From Candidatus Omnitrophota bacterium (GTDB lineage: Bacteria; Omnitrophota; Gorgyraeia; Zapsychrales; JANLHA01): DNA of 64,000 bases. Below the pieces are notes generated by a model. It was not told the DNA's origin. It searched no databases and saw only the letters and a program-made list of their open reading frames with translations. This document shows, piece after piece, positions 17,847-26,872 of this stretch. Each line of letters starts with the position of its first letter. The first letter of the stretch is position 1. A program made the translations under genes and the position numbers. Where the stretch lies: the NCBI GenBank assembly GCA_040753435.1, contig JBFMEN010000058.1, positions 18,817-82,816 on the forward strand, in the 5' to 3' direction.

Positions 17847-19323
17847 GGTCGACCGTGCGCCAGTATTTAGCAGGGGAAGGAGTAATACCTTCCTCTTCGA
17901 GTTTTTTCAGGACATCCTGAATGTTACTATAAGCTTTAGTATCTTCGTTGACAATGGTTTTCCGGACCGGTGTCTTCCCGGTAATCGAATAAATGGAATT
18001 TGCGACAACAAAAATGAGCAGGATTACAGAAAAACCCGTCGCCAGTATAAAAAAGTTATTCTGAATCCGGTTGCTTTTTAAGACTGAATCTGAATGGCAA
18101 TGGTCACAATAAAAACATTCCGCGCAATCCGTGCAGGGATAAGAAGATGATGAACGTTTTTTTAAAATTTTAAACTGCGAGAACAGCGCGAGAACAGCGC
18201 CGAAAGGGCATAGATATTTGCACCAGAAACGTTGATAAAAAAAAGAGGCGCCCATAACTGCCGCCGCCAGAAGCCATGCCCCGATAGACCGAGTCCCGTT
18301 AAATACGGTCAGATAAACCTCGATCGCGCCTAAACCAGAATGTGCGAACCAGAGACTTGAACTCAGGATCAGGATCAGTGAAACATATTTAATCCAGCGA
18401 CAGATAGTATCTGTTTTAAGATTTGGGCTGGCTGTGCGCTTGAAGAGCTTTTTATTGATATGAAAAAGAAGTTCTTCGACGAAAGCAAACGGGCAGATTC
18501 CGGAGCAATAAATACGTCCGAGAAGAAAAGCCGTAATGAACGCCCCAAATAGCAGCAGGTAAAGGTCAGGCTGGGATGTCAGGGCCGGGAGCTGCCCCAG
18601 AACGGTTCCGGCCACATGCATGAGCGAAAGCATGTTGCCCGTGATAAGACCGATGATGATGAATCCTGAGGACAATGTTAACCAGCGGAGAATCGGATTT
18701 TTTTTCAGGCAACCAACAACAGCCAGAATAAAAATTAATGTCAAGGCCGGGATTAACAGGAGTTTGTCGGGTTTAAGGATACGAGTTCGGTTGATGGATT
18801 CGTTTTGAATTTTTCTTGATAAAAGGGAAGGCAAAACTTTTGTGGCCGCTTGATTGATTGTTTCAAGCACGGCCCGGCTTGTTATGGTAGCGCCGCTAAT
18901 TCCATCGATATCGTCCGAAAGGGTTAAGGGACTTTCAATATTTTTACCAATTAATTGTTGCATGAAATCAGGAAGGGAGGATGTCAATCCCGGAGTTTCA
19001 TGGTGCTGTAAGATTTGTGCGGTGATGATTTTTCCATTTGGGTCAATCACAACAACCAGATGGATTGGACCTGCATAACCGGAGACGCCGGTGACAATAT
19101 CTGAAGTGAAAAAATAATATCCGATCAGATTATGATCCTTGTCAAATACCTGATAACAGGGGAAATCTGTGGCGGCCGGCCGGGTAAAAACTGCCTGGGG
19201 GAAAAAGTCTCCAGTGCCTGGACGGGGAATATTTTCCCGGGTTTTGGTTGAAGTGAACCTGGAAATCGTCCCGAAAGAAACGATAATCAAGAAAAGGATC
19301 AGGAAAAGACGATAAGGTTTCAT
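17830..19323 (-). CDS. NosR/NapH-like membrane redox protein: periplasmic FMN-binding domain + TM helices + polyferredoxin (CxxxCP) domain
   Basis: A signal/anchor (MKPYRLFLILFLIIVSF) is followed by an FMN_bind signature (DGISGATITSRAV), multiple TM helices, then CSGICPFAF, CKYLCPFGAV and CTDCAECFYCDHC iron-sulfur motifs. It overlaps the downstream AmrS gene by 17 nt. Confidence 0.6.
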   Translation of the reverse strand: MKPYRLFLILFLIIVSFGTISRFTSTKTRENIPRPGTGDFFPQAVFTRPAATDFPCYQVFDKDHNLIGYYFFTSDIVTGVSGYAGPIHLVVVIDPNGKIITAQILQHHETPGLTSSLPDFMQQLIGKNIESPLTLSDDIDGISGATITSRAVLETINQAATKVLPSLLSRKIQNESINRTRILKPDKLLLIPALTLIFILAVVGCLKKNPILRWLTLSSGFIIIGLITGNMLSLMHVAGTVLGQLPALTSQPDLYLLLFGAFITAFLLGRIYCSGICPFAFVEELLFHINKKLFKRTASPNLKTDTICRWIKYVSLILILSSSLWFAHSGLGAIEVYLTVFNGTRSIGAWLLAAAVMGASFFYQRFWCKYLCPFGAVLALFSQFKILKKRSSSSYPCTDCAECFYCDHCHSDSVLKSNRIQNNFFILATGFSVILLIFVVANSIYSITGKTPVRKTIVNEDTKAYSNIQDVLKKLEEEGITPSPAKYWRTVDHEEND

Positions 19324-19423
19324 GTGTAATTATTTTAAGCACAGGGGTTTAAGAATGCAATGGAAAAAGAGGAGATTGATGATATAATTTAGCCTGTAAT
19401 TTCAATCATTTAATCGTATATTA

Positions 19424-20212
19424 ATGAATAAAAATTTTAGTTACATTTATGGCCCCGTTTATTCCTGGCGATTGGGAGTGTCTTTGGGGATTGATCCAAT
19501 CGGTCAGAAAAGGAAATATTGCAATTTTAACTGTGTTTATTGTCAGTTGGGGAAGACCCCTGTGCTGACAGGAAAGCGCAGCGTTTTTGTCCCTGCCCGT
19601 GCGGTCCTGGATGAAGTTAATGCGCTTGACCCCAATCTCAAACTGGACTATCTGACTTTCTCCGGTCGCGGGGAACCTACCCTGGCAAACAATCTGGGCG
19701 AAATGATTGATCTGTTGAAGCAACACCGACGGGAGAAAATCGCCGTCATTACAAACTCCGGATTAATGGGAAATCCCGGGGTCCGTTCGGATCTTTTAAA
19801 AGCGGATTTTGTCCTGGCAAAACTTGATGCCTGCGAGGAGAAATCTTTTGAAACGGTAGACAGGCCGTTGCCTTCTCAAACGCTGTCATCGATTGTTGAT
19901 GGCCTGAAGATGTTTTCCAAAGAGTTTAAAGGGAAGCTGGCATTACAGATGATGTTTATCGACCTGAACAAACATTGTGCGCCAGAAATGGCCAGAATAG
20001 CTGAGGAGATCGATCCGGATGAAATTGAATTGAATACTCCTCTTCGCCCCTGTGCCGTCCGGCCTCTTTCCAGTGAAGAAATGCTTGAGATTAAATCATT
20101 TTTTCATCGCTCAACCGTGATGGTTTATGAGCGGGAAAAGAAAGACGTTACGGCCATGGATGAAAAACAGACTGTGCGGCGTCATGGAAAATATCTGGAA
20201 GAAAATGAGTAA
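19424..20212 (+). CDS. Small radical SAM protein (262 aa), family not resolved
   Basis: GPVYSWRLGVSLGIDPIG…CNFNCVYCQLG has a CxxxCxxC cluster at residues ~33-40, and GEPTL is also present. It reads directly into the histidine kinase gene with a 2-nt gap. Confidence 0.6.
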   Translation: MNKNFSYIYGPVYSWRLGVSLGIDPIGQKRKYCNFNCVYCQLGKTPVLTGKRSVFVPARAVLDEVNALDPNLKLDYLTFSGRGEPTLANNLGEMIDLLKQHRREKIAVITNSGLMGNPGVRSDLLKADFVLAKLDACEEKSFETVDRPLPSQTLSSIVDGLKMFSKEFKGKLALQMMFIDLNKHCAPEMARIAEEIDPDEIELNTPLRPCAVRPLSSEEMLEIKSFFHRSTVMVYEREKKDVTAMDEKQTVRRHGKYLEENE

Positions 20213-20214
20213 GG

Positions 20215-20922
20215 ATGGAAGAATATTCCCCGGAAAAAATTGTTGAGCTTGAAAACAAGGTAAGATCGTTGCCCCAGCGGATTATTGAGGTCCAGGAGGC
20301 CGAACGGCATCGGATCGCGAAAGAGATCCACGATGATCTGGGACAGTCATTGGCCGCGCTCAAGATGCTCATACAGTCCAGCGTTCTTCCGGAATATATT
20401 ACTGATGCATCTAACCGCAGGGCTTATCAGCGCGTCGTTGATTATATCGATGAGATTATCGAAAAGACGCGGGACATCGCCACTGCCCTGCGGCCCAAGA
20501 TCATTGAAACTATGGGATTGACCCGGGCAATTAAAAAGATGCTGGCCGGGTTTCGTAAAAATAAAGGACTTCATATCAAAGCCCAGGTTGGTAATCTCAA
20601 TGACATCAAGTTCGAAAGTTCTTCCATTAATCTGTATCGTATCGTTCAGGAAGCCCTGGCCAATTTGTATCATCATGCAGAAGCGACAAGTGTTGAAGTG
20701 CTCTTCCGGCGAGGGAAACAATCTTTGACCATGACCATTAAAGATAATGGTAAGGGTTTTTTCCCACATAAGGCATCAAAAGGAACAGGTCATGCGAGTA
20801 AACACGGGCTGTCGACCATGTATGAAAGGGCCAGGCTTTTAGGGGGAGAGCTGGAGATTGAGTCTGAGCCGGGAAAAGGGACTCTGATCCGTCTGCACAT
20901 TCCAATTTCGATTAAAGAGTAG
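20215..20922 (+). CDS. Cytoplasmic sensor histidine kinase, HisKA_3/NarX-type, no sensor or TM domain
   Basis: A coiled-coil N-terminus leads to an H-box (ERHRIAKEIHDDLGQSLAALKM) and an HATPase_c domain (N, G1, G2 boxes). It is only 235 aa. Confidence 0.8.
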   Translation: MEEYSPEKIVELENKVRSLPQRIIEVQEAERHRIAKEIHDDLGQSLAALKMLIQSSVLPEYITDASNRRAYQRVVDYIDEIIEKTRDIATALRPKIIETMGLTRAIKKMLAGFRKNKGLHIKAQVGNLNDIKFESSSINLYRIVQEALANLYHHAEATSVEVLFRRGKQSLTMTIKDNGKGFFPHKASKGTGHASKHGLSTMYERARLLGGELEIESEPGKGTLIRLHIPISIKE

Positions 20923-20930
20923 GGGACAGT

Positions 20931-21587
20931 ATGGATGAAAAATCCATTAAAATCATTCTGGCCGACGATCACTTGATGTTTCGCGCGGGTTTAAAGACCT
21001 TGATCGAGCGCTCAGACCGTTTTCTTGTTGTCGATGAGGCAAGCAATGGCGAAGAGCTCCTGGCAAAACTGAAAGGGGGGCGATGCGATCTCGTCGTTAT
21101 GGACCTTTCGATGCCAAAAATGGGAGGCTTGGAGGCGCTCAGCAAGATTGCGGCAAAGTATCCGCGAATCAGGGTCCTTGTGCTGACAATGCAGAAAGAC
21201 ACGCATTATTTTCATCGCACCATGTCGACAGGAGCCTGCGGATATGTTTTGAAAGATGACGCCTTTGAGCAGCTTGTCGAGGCGATCGATATTATTTTGA
21301 CTGGTAAAGAGTTTGTTTCTCCATCGATCAGATCATTGCTTGACGAGCAAAGCGGCGAGACGGTTAAAGAAGAGAAGGTTCTCCCGCCTGTTGATTTGCT
21401 CACGAAGAGGGAGCGCCAGGTGTTGAAACTTATCGCTTCCGGGGATGCCAATAAAAATATCGCCAAACAGCTTGGTATCAGCATTCGGACGGTGGAAGTC
21501 CATCGTTCAAACCTGATCAGGAAACTGGGAATCAAAACCACGGCGGGTTTGGTTAAATATTCGATGGCGGAAGCGTTTAAAGAATAA
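20931..21587 (+). CDS. NarL/LuxR-family response regulator (REC + HTH)
   Basis: The REC domain begins IKIILADDHLMFRAGL…DLVVMDLSMP. The C-terminal LuxR HTH is LTKRERQVLKLIASGDANKNIAKQLGISIRTVEVHRSNLIRKLG. Confidence 0.85.
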   Translation: MDEKSIKIILADDHLMFRAGLKTLIERSDRFLVVDEASNGEELLAKLKGGRCDLVVMDLSMPKMGGLEALSKIAAKYPRIRVLVLTMQKDTHYFHRTMSTGACGYVLKDDAFEQLVEAIDIILTGKEFVSPSIRSLLDEQSGETVKEEKVLPPVDLLTKRERQVLKLIASGDANKNIAKQLGISIRTVEVHRSNLIRKLGIKTTAGLVKYSMAEAFKE

Positions 21588-21683
21588 GCGTTGCTTGTAT
21601 TTAATATGAATTTTTTCTTTTTTTATCGTCAGACTTGTTTATACTAATAACATAATATTAAAATATAACACGTTACAAAAGAT

Positions 21684-22124
21684 ATGAGTGAAGAAAATTC
21701 ATCCCAGGCCCATCAGGATAATCAGAAAGCGGAACAGCCAAACGAACAGAAGCCCGAAGGTCTCCGTAAAATTTTGAATTCGTTTGACGAGAAACCGGGC
21801 GATTCTGGACCTGACGAGAGCGGGGCACAGCCTCCGAAGGAAGAAGATTCTCCTGAAGAGCTGCCTTTACCGCCTCTGAAAGAGGAGACGCCCCAGGCTG
21901 AGGCTGTTTCTGAAACCACGGCTCCTGAAATCAAAGAACAGCACGAGAAGACAGGATCGAGCGATGAACTCTCGCCGGCCATACCCCCTGATTCCAGGGA
22001 GGGGGACGCTTCCCGGATTGATCCTGAACAAATCATTTCTGAAGCGATGAAAAAGCTTGATAAATTACTCGAAGAGATCAAAAAGAATGAGTTTAAGCCT
22101 GATGAGCACGTTAATGAAGGGTGA
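21684..22124 (+). CDS. Acidic, Pro/Glu/Ser-rich low-complexity protein (likely intrinsically disordered)
   Basis: An ORF with strongly biased composition (EEDSPEELPLPPLKEETPQAEAVSETTAPEIKE…). No domain was recognised, and its coding status rests on ORF length and context only. Confidence 0.35.
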   Translation: MSEENSSQAHQDNQKAEQPNEQKPEGLRKILNSFDEKPGDSGPDESGAQPPKEEDSPEELPLPPLKEETPQAEAVSETTAPEIKEQHEKTGSSDELSPAIPPDSREGDASRIDPEQIISEAMKKLDKLLEEIKKNEFKPDEHVNEG

Positions 22125-22152
22125 CATTCTTTAATCCGATTGATATGGAAAA

Positions 22153-24273
22153 ATGCAAATCATCAGCCGCTTTAAAAGTTTTTTAACCTCATCGTTATTC
22201 CTTCCGTTCATATTATCATTCGCTGTCTGGATTTTTGCCTTTCGTGGATTTGTATTCGGCTCTCTTGCCTTTGTTGAAGATGCCGTCTCATATCTCAATC
22301 AGACTAAATTTTTGACAGATTCCATGCTCCAGGGCACGTTGCTTCTATGGAGCAGTGAAGCTTTCGGAATGCCCAATGACTTTTTTCTATTGCGTCTGGG
22401 CGCCTTTAATCCGTTGTTCGTCATAATCACGCTGCTGAGATCTGCGGGAATTCCTTTCTTTGTTGTCTATGTCTGGTCCATGGCCGGATATTATTTTCTG
22501 GGGTGCTGCGGGTTTTATTTTCTTTCAAAGCGAATAACTGGACACCGGCTGGCCGCATTGATGGGATTTCTGTTATTATATTTCTCCGCGCTCGGCACGA
22601 GGATCTTTGATTCTTACATTATTCTTGTCTTTGTTCCGTTAATGTGGTTTTTCTTTTTCATCGTGGATTTCTTCACCGCGCCTTCAAGGAAAAGTTTCAT
22701 CGGTAGCGTTTTTACCATGATGCTTTTGTTGAGCACATATATCCCGTTTTACTTCCTGTTTATCTTGCTGGTTTTCCTGGTATTTATGGCAGTGGTTTTT
22801 CCAAAAAAATTTTTAAACAAAACCAGCCAATTAGTTTCATTTATCGCAAGCAACAAGATTCTTTGTTTCTGCGGGCTCATTGCGCTGCTTGTAGCCTTGA
22901 TCCCGGGAGTTTTCTTTTTTCAGTCTTCACACAGAGGGGAGTTTGTTATGCCGTTACGGCATGATTTGCTTTCGTCAAATGACGCGGCGCTTGAAGTTCA
23001 TCCCAGGGTGACATCAACATGGGCCTCGATTGAGGATATTGCTTTTTCAAATTATTTTACCGATTTGCGTCAAATGAAATTCGCCATTATCTATGTGCCG
23101 TTTTTGACCTGGATTTTGTTAAGTCTTGGCCTGTTAACAAAAATGACAAAACGTTTTTTATTTTATTTTCTGTTCGCAGGTTTTTTTCTGGCTCTGGGAA
23201 TTCCGCAAGACCTTCCGTTATATCAGTTTTTGCATGAGCGCATTTTCTTTTTTAAATATTTCCGGAATCTTCATTTTTTTTTATGGTGGGTGATCCTTCC
23301 TGTGATGTTTCTGTTAATTGCAGAACAAACCGGGCAAATTTTAGGAATGCTGAAACACCGACGAAGATTCGATTTAATTGTCCTGTTAGCGCTGCACATA
23401 ATGTGGTTATACGTGATTTTTAAACAACCGGATTATATTTTATCCACCGTCATTTCCATTCTGCTCAGCTGGATTTTTTTCACGTTGATCTGGCTGGGGG
23501 CGGATCAAAAAAAGGTGCTTTGGCTCGGATTAGGCGCTATGGTTGTTTTTTCCGCGCAACCGCTCGAAGTGTTTTTTCATTTAAGTTCTAATTCGAAAAG
23601 CAAAGAGCAGCCGTATTATTTCGAGCGAATCAAAGAAAAGTCATCTTATCTGAATGATGCGCTTGATGCTTCCGGCGCAGTGTCGTTTTATATCGCCATG
23701 AATCAGGTTGTTACTCTACAAAATAATCTTCCGCCGGAAATTTTTTATCGTTATTCATTGCCGGAATTTGTTGTTTACGATCAGTTCAAAATGCTTAAGG
23801 AACCCGCAGACTGGAATGAGATTTCGGATTCTTTTAAAGGGGAGAGAAATATTGTTTTCGTTGAAGACTGGGACGAGAAATTTTTACTTGCCGGGAAGCA
23901 GAAGCGCCGGATTCCCATTGAAGGACCCGGGCAAGGCGTTAATGTTATTTCCGACCGGCCCAATCAGTTAAAGGTTGAAACATTTTTTGACCAGCCCAAG
24001 CTCCTGGTTTTCAATGATACATTCTCGCCCCATTGGAAGGCAGACATTGATGGAGTCTCAACCCGGGTTTATAAAGCGAATCTGGCGTTTAAAGGGGTTT
24101 ACGTTCCTGACGGGAAGCATACTGTCACCTTGCGTTTCGAAAAACATTTATGGATCAATCGGGGCGTCTGGCTGGTTTTTATGTCTGTATTTGCAGCGTT
24201 ATTATTTTTTTCATTAACCGATAAACGGTTTTGTGGCGAATGCGATGAAAGCCTTTTTCCAAAAAATTGTTAG
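22153..24273 (+). CDS. YfhO-like polytopic membrane protein (GT-C-type glycosyltransferase family)
   Basis: About 14 predicted TM helices precede a C-terminal soluble domain ending …FSPHWKADIDGVSTRVYKANLAFKGVYVPDGKHTVTLRFE, which matches the conserved Y.PGWKA.VDG…RAN.AF..V.VP.G.H.V.F.Y tail of YfhO-family proteins. Confidence 0.55.
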   Translation: MQIISRFKSFLTSSLFLPFILSFAVWIFAFRGFVFGSLAFVEDAVSYLNQTKFLTDSMLQGTLLLWSSEAFGMPNDFFLLRLGAFNPLFVIITLLRSAGIPFFVVYVWSMAGYYFLGCCGFYFLSKRITGHRLAALMGFLLLYFSALGTRIFDSYIILVFVPLMWFFFFIVDFFTAPSRKSFIGSVFTMMLLLSTYIPFYFLFILLVFLVFMAVVFPKKFLNKTSQLVSFIASNKILCFCGLIALLVALIPGVFFFQSSHRGEFVMPLRHDLLSSNDAALEVHPRVTSTWASIEDIAFSNYFTDLRQMKFAIIYVPFLTWILLSLGLLTKMTKRFLFYFLFAGFFLALGIPQDLPLYQFLHERIFFFKYFRNLHFFLWWVILPVMFLLIAEQTGQILGMLKHRRRFDLIVLLALHIMWLYVIFKQPDYILSTVISILLSWIFFTLIWLGADQKKVLWLGLGAMVVFSAQPLEVFFHLSSNSKSKEQPYYFERIKEKSSYLNDALDASGAVSFYIAMNQVVTLQNNLPPEIFYRYSLPEFVVYDQFKMLKEPADWNEISDSFKGERNIVFVEDWDEKFLLAGKQKRRIPIEGPGQGVNVISDRPNQLKVETFFDQPKLLVFNDTFSPHWKADIDGVSTRVYKANLAFKGVYVPDGKHTVTLRFEKHLWINRGVWLVFMSVFAALLFFSLTDKRFCGECDESLFPKNC

Positions 24274-25168
24274 ATCGTCCGGATGGCTGTTCTCGCGGGC
24301 AGGGTTCTTTTATCTGGCCGTGTTTCTGGCGATGGGCATGTTCATTGATATCGAAAAGATCTGGGGCAACGCAAGGATCCGGTCAATGAATCGAATCATG
24401 CCGTTGTTCGAGGACCTGGCTTCAAACCTGGTCGCCGGCAAGTCCCTGACTTTCGATCAATGGCAAGAATATGCTTTGTACTATCAAAAGATTTCGGAGT
24501 TGATACCGGCCGATCCCGGCGCTTATTTTTTCCTTGGTTATTGTTTGAGTCATTTGAACAGGGAGGAAGAAGCTCTTTCCAATTTTGAAAAAGCCGTTCA
24601 AAAGGCGCCCGGAGTTTTTTGGTTCGAATATAATCTCGCGATGGCCTATTATAAAAAAGCTGATTATGAAAAAGCGGGCGAGTTTTTTCGCAGAAGCATT
24701 GATTCAGGGGCAGCAGCCGCGCAATTTTATATGAGAAATTCCACGCTATATAAACAAGTTCTTGCAAGCGCGTTGAGACAGGGGTTTGATCCCGAGACAT
24801 CGTTTAACGCATCTTTTGCGCATGCCCATATCATGACGGCACGTTGTCTTTATGAATTGGGAAAGTACGATCAGGCTATTCAGTTAGCCTATTATCATTT
24901 GAGACGGGGACTGGGAGCGCCGCAAGATTATTATTATCTGATTGCTTTAAGCCTGAAAGCAACTGGAAAGCTGACAGATATGATGTCAGTGCTTCAGCTT
25001 TTGCTGAAACATGACCCGGATCATCTTGGCGCTTGGCAGATGATGCGGGAGTTTTTTATCAGGGTTCAGGACTTGGAGAATGTGAAGCGCGCCGAACTTA
25101 AGCTGGAGTATCTGCGGAAAGATGGACCGGATGTTGATAAGGCGGTGAGACAACAAAAGCTCATGTGA
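24233..25168 (+). CDS. TPR-repeat protein (start uncertain)
   Basis: Repeated TPR-like helices are visible (…AYFFLGYCLSHLNREEEALSNFEKAVQKAP…YNLAMAYYKKADYEKAGEFFRRSI…). It overlaps the YfhO-like gene by ~40 nt at the track's start; later in-frame ATGs are possible. Confidence 0.55.
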   Translation: MANAMKAFFQKIVRSSGWLFSRAGFFYLAVFLAMGMFIDIEKIWGNARIRSMNRIMPLFEDLASNLVAGKSLTFDQWQEYALYYQKISELIPADPGAYFFLGYCLSHLNREEEALSNFEKAVQKAPGVFWFEYNLAMAYYKKADYEKAGEFFRRSIDSGAAAAQFYMRNSTLYKQVLASALRQGFDPETSFNASFAHAHIMTARCLYELGKYDQAIQLAYYHLRRGLGAPQDYYYLIALSLKATGKLTDMMSVLQLLLKHDPDHLGAWQMMREFFIRVQDLENVKRAELKLEYLRKDGPDVDKAVRQQKLM

Positions 25169-25271
25169 TTTATTTTTTTTGTCATGTTGAATTCTTTTTC
25201 CGTTTATTGTCTCTTATTTGTTTAATGCTATACTAAGTTAAAACAGAATCACAATTAGTAACGGGGGCCTT

Positions 25272-25667
25272 ATGCCAAAACGAATCCTGGTGGTCGATGA
25301 TGAGGAAGATATCGTTGCAATCCTTAAAGCCAGACTGGAGAATGCCGGTTATGAGGTAGATGTGGCCTACGACGGAAAGCAGGGATTAGAGAAAATCAGG
25401 GAGCGTAAACCGGATCTGGCGATTTTTGACATTATGATGCCGGAAATTAATGGTTCGACTCTCTGCGGCATGCTGAAATTCGATGAACGGTTTAAGGATA
25501 TTGCGATTATTATTTTAACAGCGAAAGGACGGGAACTGGACAAAGAGATTTCCCATACCGTTGGCGCTGATGCCTATATGGTCAAACCTTTTGAAACACA
25601 AGTTCTTCTGGATACTGTCGCTCATCTGTTGACAGGAGCGGATGATCGGGGGGGAGTAATCCAATAA
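25272..25667 (+). CDS. Stand-alone receiver (REC-only, CheY-like) response regulator
   Basis: KRILVVDDEEDIV…DLAIFDIMMPEINGSTLCGMLK…AYMVKPF; no output domain is present. Confidence 0.85.
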   Translation: MPKRILVVDDEEDIVAILKARLENAGYEVDVAYDGKQGLEKIRERKPDLAIFDIMMPEINGSTLCGMLKFDERFKDIAIIILTAKGRELDKEISHTVGADAYMVKPFETQVLLDTVAHLLTGADDRGGVIQ

Positions 25668-25672
25668 ACAAG

Positions 25673-26053
25673 ATGAGTAAAAATTTTTCTATTTTAGTTA
25701 TTGATGATAATCCCACGGACTTGAAGCTCATTTCTTCTCTCCTGGCAAATAACGGCTATGATGTGTCTTCTGCCCAGGAAGCTCCTGCCGGAATAGAGCT
25801 TGCCATGCAAATGCGCCCAGATCTGATTATTCTCGATGTCATGATGCCGATTATCAATGGGTATAATATTTGCCGTTTAATTAAGGACCAGGCTGAATAT
25901 TCAGGAATTCCTATTGTGCTGCTAACGTCGCGTTCTAATGAAGAAGATCACCGGATCGGCCGGGAGGCGGGGGCTGACGCTTATATCTCAAAACCCTTCG
26001 ACTCTGAAGGGCTTCTGTGTACCATAAAAGATCTGCTGAATAACTATGCTTAA
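25673..26053 (+). CDS. Second stand-alone receiver (REC-only) response regulator
   Basis: ILVIDDNPTDLKLISSLL…DLIILDVMMPIINGYNICRLIK…AYISKPF. Confidence 0.85.
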   Translation: MSKNFSILVIDDNPTDLKLISSLLANNGYDVSSAQEAPAGIELAMQMRPDLIILDVMMPIINGYNICRLIKDQAEYSGIPIVLLTSRSNEEDHRIGREAGADAYISKPFDSEGLLCTIKDLLNNYA

Positions 26054-26843
26054 ACTGTTTGAAAAAATCGGTATAGCGGTTAAGGAATGGGCGACTGTGT
26101 CTATCGGATTTATGAGGCTCTTTGCTGATGCCTGCTACTGGATTGTCTTCGGCCCGTCCCGCCAAAAGCCGGTTAAGAGAGCTCCTCTTTTTGAACAAAT
26201 GGTTTTTATGGGGACGAAATCCATCGTGATTGTTTTTTTTGTTTGTTTCTTCACGGGGATTGTCCTCGCCATGCAGTCAGCGTATCAATTGGAAAAAATG
26301 GGGGGGCTCATTTATGTGGCCAGTTTGGTATCGATCGCGATTTGCCGTGAGTTGGGACCTGTATTGACGGCGCTTGTTCTTGCAGGAAGAATCGGGGCCG
26401 CGATCACGGCCGAAATCGGTTCGATGAAAGTCAATGAGCAGATTGAGGCGCTCGAAACCATGGGAATCAATCCAGTGCGTTTTCTTGTTGCGCCTAAAGT
26501 TCTGGCGCTGTTTTTGATGTTGCCTTGTTTAACAGTAGTGGGCGATTTGGCCGGCATATTTGGCGGATACCTTGTCGGGGTCGGAGATCTCAAGATCAAT
26601 TCATATCTTTATATGCAGGTGGCGTTCAAGTTTTTGAGCTTGAAAGATATTTATACGGGCTTATCCAAAGCATTCGTCTTTTCTCTGATCATTTCATTGG
26701 TAGGGACGTACCAAGGGCTGAATACAAAAGGCGGAGCGGTTGGAGTAGGAAGGGCAACGACGATCAGCGTGGTGACGAGTTTTATCATGATCATTATCGC
26801 AGATTGTCTCATAACGGGAATTTATTATTACTGGAACGTTTAA
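26046..26843 (+). CDS. mlaE: Mla/Ttg2-type ABC transporter permease
   Basis: Polytopic permease with conserved MlaE segments (…TGIVLAMQSAYQLEKMGGLIYVASLVSIAICRELGPVLTALVLAGRIGAAITAEIGSMKVNEQIEAL…). Confidence 0.85.
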   Translation: MLKLFEKIGIAVKEWATVSIGFMRLFADACYWIVFGPSRQKPVKRAPLFEQMVFMGTKSIVIVFFVCFFTGIVLAMQSAYQLEKMGGLIYVASLVSIAICRELGPVLTALVLAGRIGAAITAEIGSMKVNEQIEALETMGINPVRFLVAPKVLALFLMLPCLTVVGDLAGIFGGYLVGVGDLKINSYLYMQVAFKFLSLKDIYTGLSKAFVFSLIISLVGTYQGLNTKGGAVGVGRATTISVVTSFIMIIIADCLITGIYYYWNV

Positions 26844-26872
26844 ATATTGGCGGCCGGGAGTTATGGCCGTAG

